A stretch of DNA of 64,000 nucleotides from Clostridia bacterium (lineage in GTDB: Bacteria; Bacillota; Clostridia; Oscillospirales; CAG-272): positions 4,086 to 68,085 of the forward strand of contig JAFTKY010000038.1 of assembly GCA_017453005.1 (NCBI GenBank). The letters run 5' to 3'. The position numbers and the translations under genes were made by a program. The notes beneath the pieces were generated by a model. It made no database searches. It was not told the DNA's origin and saw nothing but the letters and a program-made list of their open reading frames with translations. Of this stretch, positions 8,184 to 15,538 are shown in pieces (positions within the stretch are counted from its first letter, which is position 1; every line of letters starts with the position of its first letter).

Positions 8184-10694
8184 TTACTGTGCTTTGTTAA
8201 CTGCAACGATGTAGACGTAGTTGCCGTCAACGGTTGCCATTTCTATCGTGCCGTTGTAGTTCTTTATGTAGCCGCGAACGATTACCGTGTCACCTACGCT
8301 TATAGTGCTGACACCTTCCTCAAGGCTCGCGGTGTAAATGAGCAGACTGCTTGTGCCGTCGCTGATATACACGTTCTTGTAAAAGCTTGTGAATTCGCCG
8401 ATGGACTCAACGGTGCCGGTAACGAAAAACATATCCTGAGATGCCTGGCCGCTTGCAAGGTTTTTGCAAGCTTCGAGTGCCTCGGATGCCGAAACAGGAT
8501 CGTCAAACGTGCCGTAATTGATTACGGGCTCCTCCGTGGGAGGCACAACGGGCTCCTCGGTGGGAGGCACAACGGGGTCTTCTACGGGATCGTCGCAACG
8601 GTGGAACTCGGTTACGAGAATGCTGAGGTACTTGCCGCCTCCGGTGATGTTTGTTACGTAGCCTGTAACGGATATGACAGCTCCGTTAAGCTCGGCAAGG
8701 AGAGCCTTCTGTTCTGCCGTGGGATAGCTGACGCTACCCGTTACGGTTGCGGAGCCTACCGTAAGGTTGTAGTAATTGCCCGACACGGAAAGCGTACCTA
8801 TGACGGTAACGTATTCGGGGGTTATTGCGCTTGCGGTTGCGTATGCGTCCATTTGTGCCGCGTCGAGTGATTTGGGAGCGGGCTGCTCAAGGGTGACGGT
8901 GCTCTTTTTTTCGTACGTTGACGCAGCACCAAACTGCTTTGCACCGCCGTATGAGGACGTATCTCCCGATACGCTGACAACGTCACCGACGTATACGTCG
9001 GGGGTCCAGGTGTTGCCCTTGTAAACGAGGATCATACCCGTGCCGTCGGAGAGAAGGAATGACTGCGCGTTCACGCCAACTACAGTTCCCTCAACCGTAT
9101 AGCTGCCAAGCTCACCTGCGAGCACGTCCGAGATTGACGTTCCGTCAGGGGTGGGGGGATCTATGGGATCTGTGGGATCTGTGGGATCACCGGGGATGTC
9201 GGGTGCTTTGCCAAGGTGCGTCATGAAGATGTTGACGTACTTGTTCCCGCCCGTGAATCCTGTTACGTAGCCCGTAACGGATATTACGGTGCCGTCAAGT
9301 GCCTGAAGCGCCGCCTTTGCGGGCTCATCGGGGTAGGAGACGCTACCCATAAGCGTTGCGCCGTCTACCGCGATGTTGTAATAGTTGCCGGAGACGGTGA
9401 GCGTTCCGGTTATCTTTATGTAATCGTATCTTGCAATTCCGTCGCCGAGAATAGCGTCAAAATCTGCACCCCAAAGCTCGGTGGGGGTGGGAAGTGTCAT
9501 CTCCTCACCGGGGGTTGCCGTGTAGGTCGCGTCAATGTGGAACTGTGTGCCGCCTGCATGAGAGGTGGTCACACCCTCTACGTGGATATTGTCACCGAGC
9601 TTTACGTCAGGTGTCCAGCCGCCGCCTCTGTAGACCATTATGCTTCCAACACCGTCGGAAATGATGAAGGACTGCGAGTTGATAGCCGTGACGACACCGT
9701 CTGTTGCGTATTTTCCAAATTCTGCTGCGAGGATCTCGCTTATGGTCATCTCTGTAGGAGGAGTGACTGCGGGAGGCTCGTTGTCCAGAACCGTTACGGT
9801 TGCGGTCATAACGTTAAGATATTTTCCGCTGCCGGTTACGTTGGTAACGTATCCTATTATCTCAATATACTGACCGTCCATCTGAGTGATAACGTCCTTG
9901 AATTCTGCCATAGGATAGGAAATGCTTCCTACCATGGACGAGCCGTCTATAAGAAGGTTGAAGTAGTTGCCCGATACCTGGAGAATACCCTTTATCTTAA
10001 CGAACAAGGGGGATACGGGATTTGCGGTTGAGTATGCGTTCAGCTGTTCTACGGTAAGCTCAACGGGCTCGGGGTGAGTGTATCCGTTGGGAACGGAGTT
10101 GGTAATCTCGTAGGTTGCCGTTGTTCCAAACTGCTTTGCACCGCCGTAAACCGTCGTGTCACCCGAGACGGTGACACTGTAGCCGACCTTTACGTCGGGG
10201 GTCCAGGTGTTACCCTTGTAAACAAGGATCATGCCCGTGCCGTCGGAAAGAAGGAAGGACTGTGCGTTATAGCCTACTACGTAGCCGTCAACGGTATAGT
10301 TGCCAATCTCGCCTGCGAGAACGTCCGCAACCGTTATCTCCGAGGGAGAAGGAGGAATGGGATTTTCGTCCGTGGGAGCCTCGGTGGGCGCGGATGTGGG
10401 AGCCTCGGTAGGCTCGGCCGTGGGAGCCTCGGTAGGCTCAGCCGTGGGAGCCTCGGTGGGCTCAGCTGTGGGAGCTTCGGTAGGAGCTGCCGTGGGTGCC
10501 TCGGTGGGCTCAGCCGTGGGAGCCTCCGTAGGAGCTGCCGTGGGTGCCTGGGTAGGAACGGGTATCGGGAGGCCTGTGGGCGTGGAGGGGACGTCAAGAG
10601 AGACCTTGATCTCGTCACAACCGACGACCGACAAAACTGCCGTAATAAGAAGCGCTGCTACCAGCAAATAGCTGATAAAAGATGTCTTTTTCAT
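8184..10694 (-). CDS. Secreted lipoprotein with a long (PTEAPTAx)n linker and repeated OB-fold-like beta-barrel domains (836 aa); no catalytic domain recognised
   Basis: Signal peptide plus lipobox (SVVGC). Three units of about 185 aa (e.g. ISDVLAGELGSYTVEGTVVGVNAQSFLLSDGTGMILVYKGNTWTPDVYVGDVVSVSGDT..YGGAKQF) plus a C-terminal OB-like domain (FFVTGTVESI...VYISDGTSSLLIY...VGDTVIVRGYIKNYNGTIEM). These resemble the tRNA_anti/YhcR-type OB folds of extracellular nucleases. Confidence 0.8.
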   Translation of the reverse strand: MKKTSFISYLLVAALLITAVLSVVGCDEIKVSLDVPSTPTGLPIPVPTQAPTAAPTEAPTAEPTEAPTAAPTEAPTAEPTEAPTAEPTEAPTAEPTEAPTSAPTEAPTDENPIPPSPSEITVADVLAGEIGNYTVDGYVVGYNAQSFLLSDGTGMILVYKGNTWTPDVKVGYSVTVSGDTTVYGGAKQFGTTATYEITNSVPNGYTHPEPVELTVEQLNAYSTANPVSPLFVKIKGILQVSGNYFNLLIDGSSMVGSISYPMAEFKDVITQMDGQYIEIIGYVTNVTGSGKYLNVMTATVTVLDNEPPAVTPPTEMTISEILAAEFGKYATDGVVTAINSQSFIISDGVGSIMVYRGGGWTPDVKLGDNIHVEGVTTSHAGGTQFHIDATYTATPGEEMTLPTPTELWGADFDAILGDGIARYDYIKITGTLTVSGNYYNIAVDGATLMGSVSYPDEPAKAALQALDGTVISVTGYVTGFTGGNKYVNIFMTHLGKAPDIPGDPTDPTDPIDPPTPDGTSISDVLAGELGSYTVEGTVVGVNAQSFLLSDGTGMILVYKGNTWTPDVYVGDVVSVSGDTSSYGGAKQFGAASTYEKKSTVTLEQPAPKSLDAAQMDAYATASAITPEYVTVIGTLSVSGNYYNLTVGSATVTGSVSYPTAEQKALLAELNGAVISVTGYVTNITGGGKYLSILVTEFHRCDDPVEDPVVPPTEEPVVPPTEEPVINYGTFDDPVSASEALEACKNLASGQASQDMFFVTGTVESIGEFTSFYKNVYISDGTSSLLIYTASLEEGVSTISVGDTVIVRGYIKNYNGTIEMATVDGNYVYIVAVNKAQ
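10368..10556 (-). repeat. In-frame 24-bp tandem repeat array encoding (PTEAPTAE/PTEAPTAA)n, about 8 units
   Basis: Read directly: GTGGGAGCCTCGGTAGGCTC(G/A)GCC-type units repeated head to tail. Translated aa 47-109 of the 836-aa protein. Confidence 0.85.
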
Positions 10695-10775
10695 TTCTTT
10701 TTCCTTTCTGAAAATAAATATTTGAATGGGTTTCTTTTAAAATTGTATGCAATTTATCTTGTAAATTGCAAGATA

Positions 10776-10804
10776 ATTGTAACACAAAAGTGGAGTGATG
10801 TCAA
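10776..10804 (-). promoter_or_regulatory. Sigma-A type promoter for the OB-repeat lipoprotein gene
   Basis: Minus strand: TTGACA-17 nt-TACAAT, about 75 nt upstream of the ATG at 10694. Confidence 0.6.
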
Positions 10805-10845
10805 GGGAATTAACAAAAATATGTATATATACGCGTGTGCGGTGC

Positions 10846-10872
10846 AAAAAAGGGGCTGAAATTCAGCCCCTG
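10846..10872 (-). terminator. Bidirectional terminator after the small lipoprotein gene (copy of the 8142-8170 hairpin)
   Basis: AAAAAA-GGGGCTGAAATTCAGCCCC. Both copies are preceded by GCGGTGCAA. Confidence 0.7.
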
Positions 10873-10877
10873 AAAAC

Positions 10878-11144
10878 TTATTTACCGTTTCTTGCTCCGT
10901 CCGACATAAAGCCTTTGCCGTCCTTTTCGTCGGCAGTGTACTCGTCCGAGTTTTCGTCGACGGTCTTGCCGTCTTCCTTGTCGGGTATGATCTCGTCAAC
11001 GACGTCGGATACCATCTCGGAGGGTGTTGCTGTCGAGGGCTTTTCCGTCGTGTCCTCGCCGCCAAACATACCGCACGAGGCAAGACAGAGCGCCGTGATA
11101 AGCGCCGTTGCGAGCGTTACACAGGTTTTAATTCTATTTTTCAT
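10878..11144 (-). CDS. Small acidic lipoprotein (88 aa)
   Basis: MKNRIKTCVTLATALITALCLASCG has a signal peptide and lipobox (LASC). GGAGA RBS upstream of the ATG at 11144. The ORF-track start at 11213 lacks an RBS. Confidence 0.65.
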   Translation of the reverse strand: MKNRIKTCVTLATALITALCLASCGMFGGEDTTEKPSTATPSEMVSDVVDEIIPDKEDGKTVDENSDEYTADEKDGKGFMSDGARNGK

Positions 11145-11288
11145 CTCTATCTCCAATAAATCAAAAAACTTACAGGGGAATACCCCACACCTATTTTGCC
11201 CCGATATCGGCAAAATATCCGTATATCCTCACGGCGGGAAAAATATATTTTATCGATTGGAATTCAAAATCATAAAAAGGAGGTTGCC

Positions 11289-12107
11289 GTGAGATACCGC
11301 AAAAGGGTGTTTTTCTTGATTTTTACCGTTTTTTCTCTCGTTCTTTTCCGTATGCCCGTCACCGCACAGACTCAAGCGCGCGCATATCTTGAGGGGTATT
11401 GGGATGATACGGGTATTTTTATACTGAAGGTCATGCTTGAGCCACAGGATATCTCTCTTTGCGGACTTGAGCTTGACGTTACCTATGACACCGATATTCT
11501 GACGCTCTCCTCGTGTGAGCGAGGGGACGCGCTGTCGGATCTGAGCTTTGACTGCTCCCTGAAGAGCGGAAGGGTGCGCCTTCTGTTCTGGGGAGAGGAA
11601 AATTCTATCCGCGGAGGCAGACTTGCAACGGTCTGCTTTATTTTCGCAGGAGCGGACGGTGAATGTGAGTTTTCTCTGTCTGTGCCCACCGATACGTCTG
11701 CAATTTATTTTGAAAATGACAGAATAATTGCGACGGATATTGCTCTTTCGGGCTTGAAGGTTCCTATTCAGAGCGCGTCGCAAGGCGGGCAGGAAGCTCC
11801 CCCTACGGAAAACTCGGGGGAGATTGAGACCTCGTTTCCTACTGAGCCGCCAACCGAAGGCTCGACGGACACATCCGTAGGGACCGGCGTCCCCGACGGT
11901 CTGCCAAATTCTTCGACGGACACATCCGTGGGAACTGATGTCCCCGGCGGCTTGCAAAATCCCCCCGCCGACACACAGCGACTGCGGGCGGGGCTTTGCG
12001 CCGCAAAAAACGTATGTCTTGTCCTCGCCTGCACGGCGAGCGGAGCAGGACTGCTCGCGGCAGTCCCGCTTCTTCTTCCCGATATATTCCGAAAGGGATA
12101 TTTTTAG
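11289..12107 (+). CDS. Cohesin-like domain protein with signal peptide, tandem STDTSVGT.VP.GL repeats and a C-terminal TM anchor (272 aa)
   Basis: AGGAGG lies 5 nt before the GTG at 11289. Core LELDVTYDTDILTLSSCERGDAL...GRVRLLFWGEE...GRLATVCFIFAGADGECEFSLSV fits the cohesin beta-sandwich pattern. Hydrophobic C-terminal segment VCLVLACTASGAGLLAAVPLLL. Confidence 0.6.
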   Translation: MRYRKRVFFLIFTVFSLVLFRMPVTAQTQARAYLEGYWDDTGIFILKVMLEPQDISLCGLELDVTYDTDILTLSSCERGDALSDLSFDCSLKSGRVRLLFWGEENSIRGGRLATVCFIFAGADGECEFSLSVPTDTSAIYFENDRIIATDIALSGLKVPIQSASQGGQEAPPTENSGEIETSFPTEPPTEGSTDTSVGTGVPDGLPNSSTDTSVGTDVPGGLQNPPADTQRLRAGLCAAKNVCLVLACTASGAGLLAAVPLLLPDIFRKGYF

Positions 12108-12234
12108 TGTGCCTTTTTTCTCTTTTGATATGCCTTTTTCGTGTTAAACAAAATTTTCCTTGATTTTGTGTTTAAACGGACGCGTTCAAGTCAAAACTCA
12201 AAGTACAAACTCAAACGCGCAAAGGAAGATAAAA

Positions 12235-12714
12235 ATGATACCGAGCATCAAAAGAGGGGATATATTTTACGCCGACCTCAGCCCCGTTATAGGCTCTGAG
12301 CAGGGAGGACTTCGCCCTGTGCTTATAATTCAAAACGACGTGGGCAACAAGTACAGCCCAACGGTCATTGCCGCCGCAATTACATCAAAAACAGGCAAGG
12401 CAAAGCTGCCCACACATATTGACATATTCGCAGAGGGAACGGGACTTCTCAAGGATTCGGTCGTTTTGCTTGAACAGATAAGAACGCTTGATAAGCGACG
12501 TCTCAAGGAAAAGACGGGACGCCTGTCCCCCGCGAAAATGAACGAGGTGGACACCGCCATCGCAGTCAGTCTGAGCCTTTTGGGCGCAGGAGCGGCAAGC
12601 ACTGCATATACCGAAGCTCAAAAGGAGCTTTTGCCGAGCGCGGCGGCTCTTGCGGGTGAAAACCGCGCCGTGTCGGGCACAAATGCGGGCGCGGGACAAA
12701 ACAGAACAACGTAG
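12235..12714 (+). CDS. mazF: MazF/PemK (EndoA-like) toxin endoribonuclease with an unusual C-terminal extension of about 40 aa (159 aa)
   Basis: [52 protein letters not shown]...LPTHI...[17 protein letters not shown] is a near-canonical MazF/EndoA core. AAGGAAG RBS before the ATG at 12235. No upstream antitoxin ORF. Confidence 0.85.
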   Translation: MIPSIKRGDIFYADLSPVIGSEQGGLRPVLIIQNDVGNKYSPTVIAAAITSKTGKAKLPTHIDIFAEGTGLLKDSVVLLEQIRTLDKRRLKEKTGRLSPAKMNEVDTAIAVSLSLLGAGAASTAYTEAQKELLPSAAALAGENRAVSGTNAGAGQNRTT

Positions 12715-12915
12715 GAGTGCAGAGTGCAGAGTGCAGAGTTAAGAGTGCAGAGCGCAAAGTTGATTTGTAGGGGAGGGGCTGCAACATTTGGTTGCGGCGG
12801 AGGGGATTTGCTTGCAAATAATGGCTTGCTCCTCCCGTCAGTGCAGAGTGAAGAATTAAGAGTGCAGAGTTAAGAGTGCAGAGTTAAGAGTGCAGAGAGT
12901 GGAGTGCGGAGTGAA
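12715..12915 (+). repeat. Composite intergenic repeat: GTGCAGA-type heptamer array, family-B nested hairpin (12767-12836), second heptamer array
   Basis: Starts immediately after the mazF stop. Units include GTGCAGA, GTTAAGA, GCGCAAA and GTGCGGA. The central 70 bp is nearly identical to 34713-34772. Confidence 0.9.
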
Positions 12916-12984
12916 AATTCACCCGCGCTCTTTTCTTTCGTTGTCTAGGTATGTTTTTACTCGAAATTGGTTGAATAAACCCTC

Positions 12985-13013
12985 TTGATTTTTGTGTGAA
13001 TGTGTGGTACAAT
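12985..13013 (+). promoter_or_regulatory. Promoter of fba (extended -10)
   Basis: TTGATT-17 nt-(TGg)TACAAT, 35 nt upstream of the fba ATG. Confidence 0.55.
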
Positions 13014-13048
13014 ATACAGAGTGATAAATTGAAAGGAATAAATAGATT

Positions 13049-14008
13049 ATGGCACTTGTAACAACCAAAGAAATGTTTAAGAAGGCATACGAGGGCGGCT
13101 ACGCCATCGGCGCGTTCAATATCAACAACATGGAGATAATCCAGGCAATCACCGAGGCGGCACAGATAGAGCAGTCTCCCGTTATCCTTCAGGTATCCGC
13201 AGGCGCGCGCAAGTACGCAAAGCACGAATACCTTATGGCGCTTGCAAACGCGGCGATAAAGGACAGCGGCATCGACCTTGCGCTTCACCTTGACCACGGA
13301 GCAGATTTTGAGATCTGCAAGGCTTGTATAGACGGCGGCTTCACCTCCGTCATGATAGACGGCTCGCACCACTCCTTTGAGGATAATATTGCTCTCACAA
13401 AGCAGGTAGTCGAATACGCACACGCGCACGGCGCGGTGGTTGAGGGTGAGCTCGGAGTTCTCGCGGGCGTTGAGGACGACGTAGCAGCGGAGCATTCCTC
13501 CTACACCCGTCCCGAGGAGGTAGAGGAGTTCGTGTCCCGCACGGGCGTTGACTCTCTCGCTATATCCATCGGTACGTCCCACGGTGCGTATAAGTTCACC
13601 GCAAAGCAGTGTACGAGAAACGAGAACGGAGTTCTTGTTCCCCCTCCGCTTCGCTTTGATATTCTCGAGGAGGTCGGCAAGCGTCTTCCCGAATTCCCCA
13701 TCGTTCTTCACGGTGCGTCCAGCGTAGCGCACGAGTGCGTAGCTGAAATAAACGCGCTCGGCGGTCAGCTCCCCGACGCGGTAGGTATCCCCGAGGAGCA
13801 GCTTCGCCGCGCAGCTAAAATGGCCGTATGCAAGATAAACATTGACTCCGATATCCGTCTTGCAATGACCGCGGGTATCCGCCGCGTGCTTTCCTCAAAG
13901 CCCGAGGCGTTTGACCCCCGTGAGTACCTCAAGGTCGGCAGAGAAGAAGTCAAAAAGATGGTACAGCACAAGATAAGAAACGTACTCGGTTCTTCTAATA
14001 CACTTTAA
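13049..14008 (+). CDS. fba: Class II fructose-1,6-bisphosphate aldolase
   Basis: N-terminus TKEMFKKAYEGGYAIGAFNINNMEIIQAI..AA....SPVILQVS.GARKYA and HLDHG are typical class II Fba motifs. 319 aa. Confidence 0.93.
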   Translation: MALVTTKEMFKKAYEGGYAIGAFNINNMEIIQAITEAAQIEQSPVILQVSAGARKYAKHEYLMALANAAIKDSGIDLALHLDHGADFEICKACIDGGFTSVMIDGSHHSFEDNIALTKQVVEYAHAHGAVVEGELGVLAGVEDDVAAEHSSYTRPEEVEEFVSRTGVDSLAISIGTSHGAYKFTAKQCTRNENGVLVPPPLRFDILEEVGKRLPEFPIVLHGASSVAHECVAEINALGGQLPDAVGIPEEQLRRAAKMAVCKINIDSDIRLAMTAGIRRVLSSKPEAFDPREYLKVGREEVKKMVQHKIRNVLGSSNTL

Positions 14009-14017
14009 GGATGGAAA

Positions 14018-14081
14018 TGTGGGGGACCCCTTTTTCAAAAAGGGGTCCCCCACACCCCCTACCCAAAAACCTTCCAAAAAA
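14018..14081 (-). repeat. Family-C A/T-centred palindrome element (copy 1)
   Basis: TGTGGGGGACCCCTTTTT-C-AAAAAGGGGTCCCCCACA followed by ...CCTTCCAAAAAA. Related copies at 30147-30197 and 63071-63125. Confidence 0.85.
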
Positions 14082-14099
14082 TGATAGAGGCAAATAATT

Positions 14100-14831
14100 A
14101 TGAAATTTAGTCATACGTATACGACAAGATGGCATGATACGGATGCAAACAGAGTATTGCGCCCAAGCAAGCTTTTGATGTATATGCAGGAAACGGCAAA
14201 TCTGCAATGCGCCGAGTTTGGCATACCGCTTGATGATTTGCGCGACGAAAAGGGCGTGGGCTTTATTTTAAGTCAGATATCGCTTAAGTTCTTCAGACCC
14301 GTGCCCGCGTTTGAGAAAATAGAGGTCAGCACGTGGTGCCGCGAGACCAAGGGCTTTTCGTTTTACAGATATTTCGATATAAAAATTGGCGAAGAGACGG
14401 TGGCGCAGGCGTCCAGCGTGTGGGCACTTGTGGATATTAACACGAAAAGTCTCGTTCGCGGAGACGAGAGCTTAGCTCCGCACTTTCCGTTCGATGAGCC
14501 CATCCCCGCCGACACGCTCCCGCCCAGAGCGCGCGTTGGCAGAGCGGAGGTGCTTGACTGCGTCGGAGAGCGAAAGATATACTACTCGGATATTGACTAC
14601 AATATGCACATGAATAACACGAATTACCCCGATATGCTCTGCGATTTTCTCCCCGATATGCAGGGAAGATACGTCTCGGAAATGTCGCTGTCATACTTGA
14701 AGGAAGCACCCCTCGGCGCGGCCCTGAAGATAAACCGCGCGCTTCGCGAGGACGGATATTTCGTATTCAAGACTGAAAACGCGTCCGGCGAGACCTGTCT
14801 TGAGGCGATAGTCAAGCTTGAACGCATTTGA
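14100..14831 (+). CDS. Acyl-[acyl-carrier-protein] thioesterase (243 aa)
   Basis: Pattern Y.TRWHDTD.N....PS.LL.YMQE.A..Q and a double hot-dog size fit FatA/B-like bacterial acyl-ACP thioesterases. Confidence 0.75.
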   Translation: MKFSHTYTTRWHDTDANRVLRPSKLLMYMQETANLQCAEFGIPLDDLRDEKGVGFILSQISLKFFRPVPAFEKIEVSTWCRETKGFSFYRYFDIKIGEETVAQASSVWALVDINTKSLVRGDESLAPHFPFDEPIPADTLPPRARVGRAEVLDCVGERKIYYSDIDYNMHMNNTNYPDMLCDFLPDMQGRYVSEMSLSYLKEAPLGAALKINRALREDGYFVFKTENASGETCLEAIVKLERI

Positions 14832-14835
14832 CGGC

Positions 14836-14870
14836 AAAAGAGGCATCTGCAAACGCAGACGCCTCTTTTA
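14836..14870. terminator. Bidirectional terminator between the thioesterase gene and trkA
   Basis: AAAAGAGGCATCTGC-AAAC-GCAGACGCCTCTTTT. Confidence 0.7.
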
Positions 14871-14873
14871 CTA

Positions 14874-15524
14874 TTACTTTAATTTCCCAAGCTTTTCGGT
14901 GTTTGCAATGACGATAAGCTTTGCGCCTTCATTGAGGGGTGTTTCGGGATTTATCTCAATTCGGACGCTGTTACCCTCGCGTATTGCCACGATGTTGATG
15001 GAATATTTCTTTCTCAGATTAAGCTCCAAAAGGTTCTTGCCTACCCACTCGGGCTTTACGTCAAGCTCTATCATAGAAACTCCGCGCGACAGCTCTATCA
15101 TATCCACAAAGCCCGATGACAAAAGGTTTTTTGCAAGTCGCGTGCCCGACTCGTTTTCAGGAAATACCACCTTGTCCGCTCCAACGCGGGAGAGGATTTT
15201 TTGGTGTGTTTCGTTGGCGCACTTAGCAATTACCGTCTTAACTCCCGCCTCCTTGCAAAGCATGGTTGCAAGCACGCTCGCCTCAAGGTTCTCGGCCATG
15301 GCGATTATGACCGTATCAATACTTGCGATTCCAAGTCGTTCTATAACCTCCGCGTTTGTGACGTCGGCACATTTGCAAAGCGGAATATCGGACATTGCGA
15401 AATGGACTTTTGCTTCGTCAATGTCTACGGCAAGCACGTCCGCGCCGCTTGCCACAAGCTCCTTTGCGACGGCGAGACCGTATCTTCCGAGACCGAATAT
15501 AGCGTAGCTCTGATTCATACTCAT
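14874..15524 (-). CDS. trkA: Trk/Ktr potassium uptake system, NAD-binding regulatory subunit (TrkA-N/TrkA-C), 216 aa
   Basis: Rossmann motif AIFGLGRYGLAVAKEL..SGADVLAVD. Adjacent to the trkH-family gene. Confidence 0.88.
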   Translation of the reverse strand: MSMNQSYAIFGLGRYGLAVAKELVASGADVLAVDIDEAKVHFAMSDIPLCKCADVTNAEVIERLGIASIDTVIIAMAENLEASVLATMLCKEAGVKTVIAKCANETHQKILSRVGADKVVFPENESGTRLAKNLLSSGFVDMIELSRGVSMIELDVKPEWVGKNLLELNLRKKYSINIVAIREGNSVRIEINPETPLNEGAKLIVIANTEKLGKLK

Positions 15525-15538
15525 ATTTTATTCTCCTT

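Noticed and set aside
8169-10859. Plus-strand ORFs 8169-8870, 9216-10031, 10074-10859 and the GASVG/PRLP-repeat frames at 10300-10671
   Set aside because: - They are antisense or alternative frames of the 836-aa lipoprotein gene and its 24-bp repeat.
- Their sequences are low-complexity or Cys/Arg/Val-rich.
- They lack signals of their own.
5892-12107. Search for dockerin modules (partners for the cohesin-like protein) in the neighbouring secreted proteins
   Set aside because: No duplicated calcium-binding DxNxDGxxxxxD segments were found in the protease, the OB-repeat protein or the small lipoprotein.
12160-12234. 25-codon N-terminal extension of MazF (ORF-track start 12160)
   Set aside because: It has no RBS. 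The canonical MazF N-terminus ([10 protein letters not shown]...) starts at the ATG at 12235, behind AAGGAAG.
12715-12915. Heptamer arrays considered as a CRISPR array or minisatellite-encoded peptide (SAECRVQ repeats)
   Set aside because: - The period is 7 nt with no spacers, far from CRISPR geometry (repeats and spacers of roughly 30 bp each).
- No cas genes are present in the window.
- A 7-nt period cycles through all three frames, so a coding function is unlikely.
12884-13732. 282-aa minus-strand ORF opposite fba, starting inside the repeat region
   Set aside because: It is antisense to a clear class II aldolase gene and has no recognisable motifs.
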